From the NCBI GenBank assembly GCA_036569005.1, contig DATCRK010000070.1:20534-84533 (forward strand): a DNA stretch of 64,000 bases, written 5' to 3'. Shown here piece by piece: positions 8,909 to 19,616 of this stretch (positions are counted from its first letter, which is position 1; the number at the start of each line of letters is the position of its first letter). The notes under the pieces are model-generated. The model ran no database searches. It worked only from the letters and a program-made list of their open reading frames with translations, and had not been told where the DNA came from. This DNA comes from Rhizomicrobium sp. Its GTDB lineage: Bacteria; Pseudomonadota; Alphaproteobacteria; Micropepsales; Micropepsaceae. The position numbers were made by a program, and so were the translations under genes.

Positions 8909-9928
8909 ATGGCAAACCCCATTCTCGTCGAAGTGACCCGGGGCGATCGGGTGGAGAGCATCCATCGCGGCTGCGTCGCCATTGCGAATGCGAAAGGCGA
9001 GATCGTCTTCTCGCTGGGCGATGTGGATGCGGTGAGTTTTCCGCGTTCGTCACTGAAAATGGTCCAGGCGTTGCCGCTGCTGGAATCCGGCGCGGCGGAT
9101 GCGTTCGGCTTGAGCGACGAAGAGATCGCGCTGGCCTGCGCGTCGCACTCCAGCGAGCCGATGCACACGGAGCGCGTGAAAGCGTGGCTGGAACGGATCG
9201 GCTGCACCGAGGCGGAGCTCGCCTGCGGTGCGCATCCCTCGCGCGTGGATGCGGTGAACGAAGCGATGATCCGCAAGGGTGAGAAGCCGACGCCGGTGTT
9301 CAACAACTGCTCGGGCAAGCACACAGGCTTTCTGACCGTGTGCCGCCACTGGGACGTGGCGACGAAGGGTTATGAGTTGCACGACCATCCGCTGCAGGTC
9401 GCCATCGCCAAGGCGCTGGGCGATCTGGCCGGTATGGACCCTGCCAGGATTCCCTATGGCATCGACGGCTGCGTGGCGCCGGCTTTTGCGCTGCCAACAT
9501 CCACCTTCGCCCGCGTGCTGGCGCAATATGCCGATCCGTCCCGCCAGCCGCTGCAACGCGGCGCGGCGATGAAGCATCTCGTGGCCGCGATGATCGCCCA
9601 TCCGGAATTGGTAGCGGGAACAGCGCGTTCGGATACTATCCTCATGCGCGCTGCGAACGGCCGCGTGGCCACAAAGGCGGGTGCGGAAGCCTATTACGCC
9701 GCGATCATTCCCGAAGCCGGGCTGGGCGTGGCGCTGAAGATCGATGACGGCGCCGGCCGCGGCGCGGAAACCGCCATCGCGGCGATTCTCGACAAGCTGG
9801 GCGTGCTGACGGACGACAGGGCCGCGCACGACATCATCCGTACACCGATTCTCAATACGCGCGGAAAGATCGTCGGCGAGAGACGGCCCGCGCAGGCGCT
9901 GACGGAAGCGAAGATACAAGCGATCTGA
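8909..9928 (+). CDS. asparaginase (L-asparaginase II / Rhizobium-type family)
   Basis: VEVTRGDRVESIHRG, FPRSSLKMVQALPLLESGA, ALACASHSSEPMH, NNCSGKH. ATG at 8909 avoids the repeat-derived N-extension. Confidence 0.8.
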   Translation: MANPILVEVTRGDRVESIHRGCVAIANAKGEIVFSLGDVDAVSFPRSSLKMVQALPLLESGAADAFGLSDEEIALACASHSSEPMHTERVKAWLERIGCTEAELACGAHPSRVDAVNEAMIRKGEKPTPVFNNCSGKHTGFLTVCRHWDVATKGYELHDHPLQVAIAKALGDLAGMDPARIPYGIDGCVAPAFALPTSTFARVLAQYADPSRQPLQRGAAMKHLVAAMIAHPELVAGTARSDTILMRAANGRVATKAGAEAYYAAIIPEAGLGVALKIDDGAGRGAETAIAAILDKLGVLTDDRAAHDIIRTPILNTRGKIVGERRPAQALTEAKIQAI

Positions 9929-9929
9929 T

Positions 9930-10057
9930 TTCCCCCCCCCCCGTTTACGGGGGAGGTGCTGAGCGAGCATTCGCGAGCGAAGTGGAGGGGGCTGTTGCGC
10001 GCAGCCCCCCTCCGGCTCACTGCGTTCGCCTCCTCCCCCGTAAACGGGGGAGGAAAA
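9930..10057. repeat. triple-hairpin intergenic element, family B
   Basis: TTTCCCCCCCCCCCGTTTACGGGGGAGG ... GGAGGGGGC..GCCCCCCTCC ... CCTCCCCCGTAAACGGGGGAGGAAAA. Carries an 11-nt C run at 9932..9942. Confidence 0.85.
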
Positions 10058-10059
10058 GC

Positions 10060-10449
10060 TCAGTGCTGCTCCGCCGCTTTCTTCGCGGCGGCGGCGTCCG
10101 CATCCGCTTTCTGCATCTCGGCGGTGTACGGCACGACCGAGCGGATCGGGCAGCGCTGCGGGCCGGTGCCCATGTTGCGCGTGAACACGGCATCGCCGGC
10201 GGCCAGGCACGACAGCCCCGTTCCGCCCACGGACTTGAACGCGAGACCTTCCTTGAAAGTAAGGCCCATGCATCCGGAGAACAGTGTCACCTTGAACTTG
10301 TTGTGCGAATTGTCCTCGACGATGAGCGTCTTGTTGTCCGGCGCGTCGAAATTATAGATCTGGTTGATCGACAGACAGGTCGGGCTGGCGAAGGCCGGTG
10401 CGGCCGCCAGCAGCGACAGCCCCGCCGCGAAGAGAATATGCTTTTTCAT
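10060..10449 (-). CDS. secreted hypothetical protein
   Basis: Signal peptide MKKHILFAAGLSLLAAAPAFA. Four Cys and an Ala/Lys-rich C-tail. No family recognised with confidence. Confidence 0.65.
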   Translation of the reverse strand: MKKHILFAAGLSLLAAAPAFASPTCLSINQIYNFDAPDNKTLIVEDNSHNKFKVTLFSGCMGLTFKEGLAFKSVGGTGLSCLAAGDAVFTRNMGTGPQRCPIRSVVPYTAEMQKADADAAAAKKAAEQH

Positions 10450-10598
10450 GGCTTCCTGATCCCAATAGGACGGTGCCCCTCATAGGCACTTTAGCACAAT
10501 GCGCGGCCGCCGCCTCCCGTTGCAGCATGGCTTGGCGGCACGGTGAACGATGCCGTAAGTTTACGGCGAACGATAAATCCCATCCTGAAGGAAACGTC

Positions 10599-11597
10599 AT
10601 GAAAGCCGCGCTTTGCACCCATTACGGCCCGCCCGAGGAAATGGAAGTCCGCGACGTGCCAAGCCCCAAGCCAGGCAAGAACCAGGTGCTGATCTCGGTG
10701 AAGGCCTGCGGCGTGAACTTCCCCGACGTGCTGATGATCCAGGACAAATACCAGTTCAAGCCCGCGCTGCCCTTCTCGCCCGGCGGCGAAGTGGCGGGGA
10801 TCGTGAAAGAACTCGGCGAAGGCGTGAGCACTGTGAAGGTGGGCGACCGCGTGTGCGTCTCCACCGGCAATGGCGGCATGGCCGAAGAAGTTCTGGGCGA
10901 TGCGCGCCGCGTGATGAAGGTGCCGGAGGGCGTCGGCTTCGATGTCGCCTCCTCGTTCATGGTGACATACGGCACGTCGTGGCACGCGCTGAAGGATCGC
11001 GCCGATCTGAAGCCGGGCGAAAACCTCGTCGTGCTCGGCGCGGCGGGCGGCGTCGGCACATCGGCCATCGAAATCGGCAAGGCGCTGGGCGCACGCGTGA
11101 TCGCGGGCGCCTCGACGCAGGAGAAAGTCGATCTTGCCAAGAAGCTCGGCGCGGACGACGGCTTCGTCTATCCCCCTGTGCCGCTGAACCGCGATCAGCA
11201 GAAGCAGCTTTCCGAAGACATCAAGAAGCTGACCGGCGGCCAGGGCGCGGACGTTCTCTACGATCCCGTCGGCGACGATTACGCCGAACCGGCGTTGCGC
11301 GCGATGAACTGGAACGGGCGTTACCTGGTGATCGGTTTCGCGGCGGGGCAAATCCCGAAAGTGCCGCTGAACCTGACCCTGCTCAAAGGCTGCCAGATCA
11401 TGGGCGTGTTCTGGGGCGCCATGGCGGCGCGCGATCCGAAACATGCGGCGGACAGCATGCAGCAGCTTCTGGACATGGTGGCCGCCGGCAAGCTGAAGCC
11501 CTACGTCTCCGAGCATTTCAAGCTTGAAGATTCCGGCAAGGCAATCCGCTTGCTGATGGACCGCAAGGCAAAGGGCAAAGTCGTCGTCACGATGTAA
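10599..11597 (+). CDS. NADPH:quinone oxidoreductase / zinc-type alcohol dehydrogenase family
   Basis: MKAALCTHYGPPEEMEVRDVPSP, GVNFPD, VLGAAGGVGTSAIEIGKALGARV. ATG at 10599 preceded by GAAGGAAAC. Confidence 0.85.
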   Translation: MKAALCTHYGPPEEMEVRDVPSPKPGKNQVLISVKACGVNFPDVLMIQDKYQFKPALPFSPGGEVAGIVKELGEGVSTVKVGDRVCVSTGNGGMAEEVLGDARRVMKVPEGVGFDVASSFMVTYGTSWHALKDRADLKPGENLVVLGAAGGVGTSAIEIGKALGARVIAGASTQEKVDLAKKLGADDGFVYPPVPLNRDQQKQLSEDIKKLTGGQGADVLYDPVGDDYAEPALRAMNWNGRYLVIGFAAGQIPKVPLNLTLLKGCQIMGVFWGAMAARDPKHAADSMQQLLDMVAAGKLKPYVSEHFKLEDSGKAIRLLMDRKAKGKVVVTM

Positions 11598-11618
11598 CTC
11601 TCCAGGTAGGGGCGCAGC

Positions 11619-11879
11619 ATGTCGGTATTGGGCTGGATCATTCTGGGGCTGATTTCCGGGTTCGTGGCGAGCAAGGTCGTCAACGATCGTGGTGAGGGAT
11701 GCTTCCTCAACATCGCGCTCGGCCTTGTGGGCGCGATGGTGGGTGGCTGGCTCTTCACCGCCATCGGCGGATCGAGCATCACCGGCTTCAATCTTTACTC
11801 CATGCTCGTCGCCATCATCGGTGCGATCGTGGCATTGCTGCTCTGGCACGCCATCACGGGACGGCGGACGCTGAAATAG
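11619..11879 (+). CDS. GlsB/YeaQ/YmgE (transglycosylase-associated) stress membrane protein
   Basis: GWIILGLISGFVASKV and LGLVGAMVGGWLF, typical of the family. 86 aa. Confidence 0.85.
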   Translation: MSVLGWIILGLISGFVASKVVNDRGEGCFLNIALGLVGAMVGGWLFTAIGGSSITGFNLYSMLVAIIGAIVALLLWHAITGRRTLK

Positions 11880-12665
11880 ATGCGCCGCCTCGTCACCGGA
11901 GGGTTGGCGACACTGCTGCTCGCAATGCCGGTTTGCGCGCAGACCGTTTTCTTCGACGGCACGGTCGGCAAGGCGCCCGTGTTCGGCTCGCTCAGCCGTG
12001 ACGGAGACAATCTCATCGGCTGGTATCTCTATCCCAAGCATGGAAAGCAGATCGAACTTCAGGGCAAGATCGACAAGTCCGGTGCGTTTCATCTGGACGA
12101 AACCAGTTTCGACACGGCGAAGAAGAGCGGAAATTTCGACGGACATCTCTCCGTAGGCGTATGGAGCGGAACCTGGAAGAACGCGAGCGGCGATGCGCCC
12201 GCGCCGTTCGCCCTGACCGAGAACCACGACACGCTGGCGAAATTCTCCGGCGATTTCCGCTGTTCCGAAAAGCATTCCGACAAGAAATATGGCTATGACT
12301 ACAGCCGTTCGGCGCGCGTGACGTTTGCGAAAGGCGTGGTGACGCGGCTCGATCTCTCGCAGGAGTCCAAAGGCCAGGATGGCGACACACAGCAATGCTC
12401 GATCGCGCTCAGCGATCTGAAACGCGTGCCCGGCAAGGACGGCATCCTGCTGCGCGCCAAAGGCGACGAACCGGGACAGGACATGGCGCATTGCACGATC
12501 CGCGTCGCGGGCACGGCGAACTTCCTCTACGTCAGCCCCGGCGACACGGCGGAGAACAACAACGACTGCAAAGGCGCGAACGACGTGATGTTCTGCAGCC
12601 CGCGCGCGAACTGGGGCGACTTTCTGATTTCCCGCAATTCAAAAATCTGCGGTCCGGTCGACTGA
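11880..12665 (+). CDS. secreted hypothetical protein (Cys-containing)
   Basis: ATG directly abuts the preceding stop (TAGATG). Signal peptide MRRLVTGGLATLLLAMPVCAQ. No recognised family. Confidence 0.6.
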   Translation: MRRLVTGGLATLLLAMPVCAQTVFFDGTVGKAPVFGSLSRDGDNLIGWYLYPKHGKQIELQGKIDKSGAFHLDETSFDTAKKSGNFDGHLSVGVWSGTWKNASGDAPAPFALTENHDTLAKFSGDFRCSEKHSDKKYGYDYSRSARVTFAKGVVTRLDLSQESKGQDGDTQQCSIALSDLKRVPGKDGILLRAKGDEPGQDMAHCTIRVAGTANFLYVSPGDTAENNNDCKGANDVMFCSPRANWGDFLISRNSKICGPVD

Positions 12666-12758
12666 TCTCGTCTTCGCTTGTCACAAAAGCTTCGCACGCA
12701 AATTAACTCCGCGAAAACTCCGCGTTCCTATCTTCGCGCCGTTCCGTTTTCCGGAGTC

Positions 12759-13973
12759 ATGCGCGTGTCCAGTCTCGACCATTCCGCCGCCGCCCTGACG
12801 GACTGGCGCGCGCGGGACTTGGCGCTGCCTCTGCCCGTCTTCGACGTCGCCACCACTTGCGGGCAAGCGTTCGACTGGTTCAAGGAGCACAAGGCGCAGG
12901 TCGCGTCTGCGATCGTGGATGAGAGCGGCAAGGTCATTGCCATCGCCAACCGGCTGCGCTTCCTGGCACGCTACGCCCAACCCTACGTGCCGGAGCTCTA
13001 TTCGAAAAAATCGGTCACGAAGCTGGCGAACACCAACCCGCTTGTCGTCGACGAGCAACTGCAGCTCACGCAGCTCGGCCACATGCTCACGCTCGACTGG
13101 CCGGATGCACTGCGCGAATGCTTCGTGGTTACGAGCGGCGGCGCTTATCTCGGCATCGGAACGAGCGAGGCGCTGGTGAAAGGCAAGCTGGGGCTTCTGC
13201 TGGACCGCGAGCGACAACTGGCCGAAGCGCTGGCCAAGGCGCATGCCGCCAACAAGGCCAAGACGAACTTTCTGGCGCTGATGAGCCATGAACTGCGCAC
13301 GCCGCTCAACGCCATCATCGGATTTTCGGAAGTGCTGTCGTCGGAAATCTTCGGGCCACACGCCGTTCCGCGGTATCGCGACTATTCCACGGACATCCAT
13401 GGCGCGGGCAAGCACCTGCTGGCGCTGATCAACGACATCCTCGATCTTTCCAAGTTCGAAGCCGGCAAGATGGAGCTGCACGCAGAGCGCGTCGCGCTGT
13501 GCGATCTGTTCAGCGACTGCCTCAAGCTGGTGACGGAACGGGCGCACGACAAAGGCTTGCGCCTCTCGCGCAACCTTCCGGCGAATTTTCCGGCGATTGA
13601 AGCGGATCGGCTGCGGCTGAAGCAGGTTCTTCTGAACCTCTTGTCCAACGCCATCAAATTCACACCGCCCAGCGGCCAGGTGACGTTGTCTGCGGAGATC
13701 GATGCGGATGGCGGCGTGTGCATCTGCGTGGCGGATACCGGCATCGGCATGACGGCGGAGCAGATACCGCTGGCGATGGAGCCGTTCCGCCAGATCGACT
13801 CGCCGCTCTCGCGCACCGAGGAAGGCACCGGCCTCGGCCTTGCGTTGGTGAAATCGCTCACCGAACAGCACGACGGCACGCTGGAGATCGACAGCGCACC
13901 GCACAAGGGCACGCGTGTTCGCATCACCCTGCCCGCATCGCGCACGCTGTGGCAGAAGCAGGCTGTCGCCTGA
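12759..13973 (+). CDS. cytoplasmic sensor histidine kinase (HisKA + HATPase_c) with uncharacterised N-terminal domain
   Basis: H-box LALMSHELRTPLNAIIGFSE, N-box LLNLLSNAIKFT, G-boxes DTGIGM and GTGLGLALV. No TM segment seen. Alternative start at 12678. Confidence 0.85.
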   Translation: MRVSSLDHSAAALTDWRARDLALPLPVFDVATTCGQAFDWFKEHKAQVASAIVDESGKVIAIANRLRFLARYAQPYVPELYSKKSVTKLANTNPLVVDEQLQLTQLGHMLTLDWPDALRECFVVTSGGAYLGIGTSEALVKGKLGLLLDRERQLAEALAKAHAANKAKTNFLALMSHELRTPLNAIIGFSEVLSSEIFGPHAVPRYRDYSTDIHGAGKHLLALINDILDLSKFEAGKMELHAERVALCDLFSDCLKLVTERAHDKGLRLSRNLPANFPAIEADRLRLKQVLLNLLSNAIKFTPPSGQVTLSAEIDADGGVCICVADTGIGMTAEQIPLAMEPFRQIDSPLSRTEEGTGLGLALVKSLTEQHDGTLEIDSAPHKGTRVRITLPASRTLWQKQAVA

Positions 13974-13974
13974 T

Positions 13975-14538
13975 CTATTTCGGGCGGCACGCGTTGTAGG
14001 CGTCGTCGTAGCTCTTGTCGAAACATGCCTGCAGGCCGCGCAGCACATTCGCGTTGATGCGATTGCCTTCGCCCGGTTCGCCGCCGAGCTTCGCGGCAGC
14101 GGCGTCCAGCGCCGTGCGGTTGTTCACCAGAAACGCCCAGGTGCCGGTGAGATAGGCCGTCCAGTCCAGATCGCCATGCGCGCCGCGATCCGGCATGATC
14201 GCGGCGGCGACGAGACGCGAGGCTTGCGCATTGTCGCCCATGATCGCCAGCGCCTGCGCTTCGTGGAAAAGCACGTCCGACTTTTCGTTCGGCGTCAGCA
14301 CCGGGCCGTTGACGAGATAATCATCCGCCGCTTCCGCCGCGCGACCCGGGCAATTGCGGTTCATCAACGCGCGCCAGGTGGATGGCGTCGTGCCTTTCTG
14401 GTCGAAATCGTCGAAGCTGAGCGCAGCGTTCGCGGCTTTGTCTTCTGCCGTCAGCTTGCAGCGATGGCCGTCATCCGCCAGCGCAGCCGTAACGCTCGCG
14501 CAGAACAGCGCGGCACCCAGCACAATCCCCCTGAGCAT
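13975..14538 (-). CDS. secreted hypothetical protein, co-oriented 3 nt downstream of thiC
   Basis: Signal peptide MLRGIVLGAALFCASVTAALA. 187 aa, no recognised family. thiC stop at 14542. Confidence 0.65.
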   Translation of the reverse strand: MLRGIVLGAALFCASVTAALADDGHRCKLTAEDKAANAALSFDDFDQKGTTPSTWRALMNRNCPGRAAEAADDYLVNGPVLTPNEKSDVLFHEAQALAIMGDNAQASRLVAAAIMPDRGAHGDLDWTAYLTGTWAFLVNNRTALDAAAAKLGGEPGEGNRINANVLRGLQACFDKSYDDAYNACRPK

Positions 14539-14541
14539 CCC

Positions 14542-16452
<1,911 letters not shown>

Positions 16453-16514
16453 ATGGCGGATTCATCGTTTCACGCCCTTACGAAGTCAAGGCAACCGCCG
16501 CTATTCTGGCGCGG

Positions 16515-16967
16515 ATGGGGCGGAAAGTTTCAATCCGGCGCGCCGTGGCGACCGATGCTGACGAAACCGCGGCGCTTTTCACCGCCGCGCTCAAAAGCAT
16601 GCCGTTCTTTCCCAAGCTGCATGACGACGAAGAGGACCGCACCTTCGTGCGCGCCTTCATCTGGGAGAGCGAGACGTGGATCGTGCTGATCGACGGACGC
16701 ATTGTGGGCTTCGCCTCCATCGAGGGCGACAGGCTGGATCATCTCTATGTGCATCCGGACCGGCGGGACGATGGCATCGGTTCGATGCTGCTGGATCATG
16801 TGAAGCTGCAGAGACCAAACGGCTTCGATCTTTGGACGTTCCAGGCCAACAAGGGCGCGCGGCGGTTCTATGAGCGGCACGGGCTGGAAGCGGTGGAACG
16901 CACGAATGGCGAGCGCAATGAAGAACAATTGCCCGATGTAAGGTATGCTTGGCACCCGGATTTATAG
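16515..16967 (+). CDS. GNAT family N-acetyltransferase
   Basis: IRRAVATDADE.., RRDDGIGSMLLDHV, NKGARRFYERHGL. ATG at 16515. The upstream part of ORF 16335.. overlaps the riboswitch. Confidence 0.8.
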   Translation: MGRKVSIRRAVATDADETAALFTAALKSMPFFPKLHDDEEDRTFVRAFIWESETWIVLIDGRIVGFASIEGDRLDHLYVHPDRRDDGIGSMLLDHVKLQRPNGFDLWTFQANKGARRFYERHGLEAVERTNGERNEEQLPDVRYAWHPDL

Positions 16968-17177
16968 GTGGACTTTATGAGACGCTCTTACCGCGCCAAT
17001 TCCGCGCTCGCTGCTCTGGTCGTTTCCACGGGCGCGGTCATGCTTGGTGCGTTTGCGGTCGGCGCCTTCGCTATCGGCGCGCTGGCTATCGGGCGCGTAG
17101 CAGCGGGACGCGTGCGGATCAAGCGGCTGGAAATCGATGAGCTGGTGGTGCGGAAGATACGGCTTCCTGATGTTTAG
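16968..17177 (+). CDS. small hydrophobic protein (hypothetical)
   Basis: Starts at the nucleotide after the GNAT stop (TAG GTG), with an alternative ATG at 16977. Gly/Ala-rich TM segment, then a RVRIKRLEIDELVV tail. 66-69 aa. Confidence 0.45.
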   Translation: MDFMRRSYRANSALAALVVSTGAVMLGAFAVGAFAIGALAIGRVAAGRVRIKRLEIDELVVRKIRLPDV

Positions 17178-17195
17178 CTTTCATCTAACCACAAT

Positions 17196-17298
17196 CGTCA
17201 TGGCCGCCCACTGTGGCGGCCATCCATTTTCCAGAGTCGGTACGAACCTTGCGCGGCTTCTGGAAAATGGATGGCCGGGATAAACCCGGCCATGACGG
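17196..17298. repeat. nested palindromic element, family C (GTCATGGCCG...CCATCCATTTTCCAG)
   Basis: CGTCATGGCCGCC-cactgt-GGCGGCCATCCATTTTCCAG ... CTGGAAAATGGATGGCCGGG-ataaa-CCCGGCCATGACGG. Confidence 0.85.
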
Positions 17299-17310
17299 TT
17301 GAGGCGTGAA

Positions 17311-18057
17311 CTAAGAAGCCGCAAACGCCCGGAACTCGCTAATCACCGCTTTCACCGCGGCGTTCACGATCTTCTCCCCGGCTTCGACGCTGGCTTGTGA
17401 GGGATCGGAGCCGATGCGGCCGTCGGGGAATCTGCGGCGGTAGTCTTCGGCGTCGAGGATCGGGCCGTTGGGCGCGATCTTGGGGGACATCTCCACGCGC
17501 TTCACCGCTTCGGGATAGCCGAAATAGGTGACGGAGACTTCGCTCGGCGTGGCGTGGCTGCCCTCGCCCACCGGGAAAAGCTGGCGGCAGACATCGTTCA
17601 CGCCGGACAGCTCCCACCAGTTGCGCAACATGCAGCGCAGCGGCGGCTGGTTGGAGCCGGAGCGATCGAACGAAACACCGTGATAGATCTCGCTGAACGC
17701 GGCATTGATGGTGTTGATGTTGCCGCCGTGGCCGTTCAGCCAATAGAGCCGCTCGAAACCGTGGCGGCGCAGGCTCTGTGTCCAGTCCAGCATCGCGGCG
17801 ATCATGGTGGAAGGGCGCAGGGTGATCGTGCCGGAGAACGCCATGTGATGCTGCGCCTGCCCGACATTGAAGGTCGGCCCCACAAGAATACCGCTCTCAT
17901 CGCCCGCGCGCTTGGCAATGATCTCCGGGCACAGGGCATCGGTGCCGAGCAACCCGTTCGGCCCATGCTGCTCCGTCGAGCCGATGGGAATGAGAATCGC
18001 CTTCGACGTTTCCAGATATTTGTCGATTTCCGGCCAGGAAGAGAGATGGAGTTGCAT
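17311..18057 (-). CDS. creatininase (creatinine amidohydrolase) family protein
   Basis: ILIPIGSTEQHGPNGLLGTDA and NGHGGN motifs. 248 aa. Confidence 0.85.
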   Translation of the reverse strand: MQLHLSSWPEIDKYLETSKAILIPIGSTEQHGPNGLLGTDALCPEIIAKRAGDESGILVGPTFNVGQAQHHMAFSGTITLRPSTMIAAMLDWTQSLRRHGFERLYWLNGHGGNINTINAAFSEIYHGVSFDRSGSNQPPLRCMLRNWWELSGVNDVCRQLFPVGEGSHATPSEVSVTYFGYPEAVKRVEMSPKIAPNGPILDAEDYRRRFPDGRIGSDPSQASVEAGEKIVNAAVKAVISEFRAFAAS

Positions 18058-18099
18058 AACGGTCTTTCGCTATAGGATGCGTACGGAAGTGAGTATTGC

Positions 18100-18771
18100 A
18101 TGATCCCGTGGGTTCTTCTCGACAAAGTTAAGGTTGCCGGCGGCGATGAGCTACGGCTGATGCGGCGCGGCGAGGAGTTCTCGATCTTCTCCGGGCCAAC
18201 GCCGCTGATGAACAGCCGCATGAGCGGATCGGAGAAGGCACTCGCGGAACTTGCCTGCGCGCGCGTCGGCGAGCGCAAGAAATGCCGCATGCTGATCGGC
18301 GGATACGGCATGGGCTTCACCCTGCGCGCCGCCCTCGCCTGTTTGCGCAGCGACGCGCAGGTCACGGTCGCGGAGCTGGTGCCCGCGGTCATCGCATGGG
18401 CGCGCGGGCCGATGGCGCATCTGTCCGCCGGGTGCCTTGAGGATCCACGCGTGACGATCCGCGAAGTCGATGTGCGCAACATCATCGTCGCAGCACCGTC
18501 TCAGTTCGATGCGATTTTGCTCGACGTCGACAATGGCCCCGACGGGCTGACGCAAGCGGCGAACGACCGGCTCTATAATCTGAGCGGCCTACACGCAGCG
18601 CGCAGCGCGCTTCGTCCCGGCGGCGTGTTAGCGGTATGGTCCGCAGCACCCAGCCCGAAATTCACGCGACGGCTTCAGAGCGTGGGATTCACCGTGGAAG
18701 AAATCCAGACCCGCGCCAACAGCAATGGCAAAGGCCCACGGCATTACATCTGGATGGCGAGAGTAAGTTAA
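18100..18771 (+). CDS. spermidine synthase-like methyltransferase-fold protein
   Basis: LMNSRMSGSEKALAEL, MLIGGYGMGFTLRAAL, FDAILLDVDNGP, GGVLAVWS. 223 aa. Confidence 0.7.
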   Translation: MIPWVLLDKVKVAGGDELRLMRRGEEFSIFSGPTPLMNSRMSGSEKALAELACARVGERKKCRMLIGGYGMGFTLRAALACLRSDAQVTVAELVPAVIAWARGPMAHLSAGCLEDPRVTIREVDVRNIIVAAPSQFDAILLDVDNGPDGLTQAANDRLYNLSGLHAARSALRPGGVLAVWSAAPSPKFTRRLQSVGFTVEEIQTRANSNGKGPRHYIWMARVS

Positions 18772-18797
18772 GGCGCCTCACACATCTTCAAACAAAA

Positions 18798-18886
18798 CCG
18801 TCATGGCCGGGCTTGTCCCGGCCATCCATGAACACGGAATGATGGCCGCTGGAAAATGGATGGCCGCCACAAGGGCGGCCATGACG
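18798..18886. repeat. nested palindromic element, family C (inverted relative to 17196..17298)
   Basis: CCGTCATGGCCGGG-cttgt-CCCGGCCATCCATG ... CTGGAAAATGGATGGCCGCC-acaag-GGCGGCCATGACG. Confidence 0.85.
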
Positions 18887-18913
18887 ATGATTTTTGAAAA
18901 CTGAAGTTCTTCG

Positions 18914-19552
18914 TTACGCCAAAAGCGCCGACAACTTCTCCATCGCTTTCTTCCATGCCGCGCGTTCCTGCTCGACTTCGACAGGAGACGCGAGCTTGCC
19001 GATCTCCAGTGCGATCTGCGCTTTACCGTCGCCTTTCGCATAGAAGCCGAACTCCAGTTTGCGGCCCGCTTTCCACTTCCCGCGCCAGTATTTGTCCTTG
19101 GTCTTGCTCGTCTCCTCGAAGGCACCGGGCGGGAACCAGTCTTTGCGCTTCGAGATTGCCCCCGCGAAGAGCTTGGAGAGGCTGACCGGCATCACCTTGG
19201 TGACGTTCACCGCATAGGTGCCGCCGGCGCGTTCGTTCTTCTTGCGCCCGCCGCGCGCGCGTTCATATTCCACGGTGATCATCTGCGCCCACCAGCTGGG
19301 CGCGGCGTATTTCTCCTTCAGCTCCTTCGCCACCGCCTTGTGCGGCTTCGACGCAGCATCCATGAGGTTCAGGATTACGAACCAGCCCATCCAGCCGCGG
19401 CCTGTCGCCTCCTTCACCTTCGCCTCGCTGATGGAGGTGGGCGGCCATTCGCCATCTGTCTTTGCTGCGGCCTTGGCCGGGGCTTTGGGCTTGGCTTGCG
19501 CCGCAACCTTGACCTTGGGTGATGCCTTTTTCGCTTTAGCTTTCGCGGCCAT
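18914..19552 (-). CDS. conserved hypothetical protein with Ala/Lys-rich N-terminal tail
   Basis: Start MAAKAKAKKASPKVK at 19552. WWAQMITVEYERARGGRK motif. No family assigned with confidence. Confidence 0.65.
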   Translation of the reverse strand: MAAKAKAKKASPKVKVAAQAKPKAPAKAAAKTDGEWPPTSISEAKVKEATGRGWMGWFVILNLMDAASKPHKAVAKELKEKYAAPSWWAQMITVEYERARGGRKKNERAGGTYAVNVTKVMPVSLSKLFAGAISKRKDWFPPGAFEETSKTKDKYWRGKWKAGRKLEFGFYAKGDGKAQIALEIGKLASPVEVEQERAAWKKAMEKLSALLA

Positions 19553-19616
19553 GCCGTAATCTCCCTGCCCGACAGATATTCTAGCCATTCGACGGGTTTT
19601 CTCACAGGATTTCACT

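Noticed and set aside
10552-10567. A 16-bp palindrome GCCGTAAGTTTACGGC 32 nt upstream of the quinone oxidoreductase start, and a CGTTACG...CGTAACG inverted pair at about 5650..5685 downstream of hxlR.
   Set aside because: They are short and isolated. No adjacent regulator can be tied to them, and the shared CGTAA/TTACG cores may be coincidental. I note them but do not call them operators.
10491-12491. A 666-aa minus-strand ORF spanning the quinone oxidoreductase, GlsB and secreted-protein genes.
   Set aside because: It runs antisense across three independent, well-supported genes and their intergenic spacers. It has no motifs and is a high-GC artefact.
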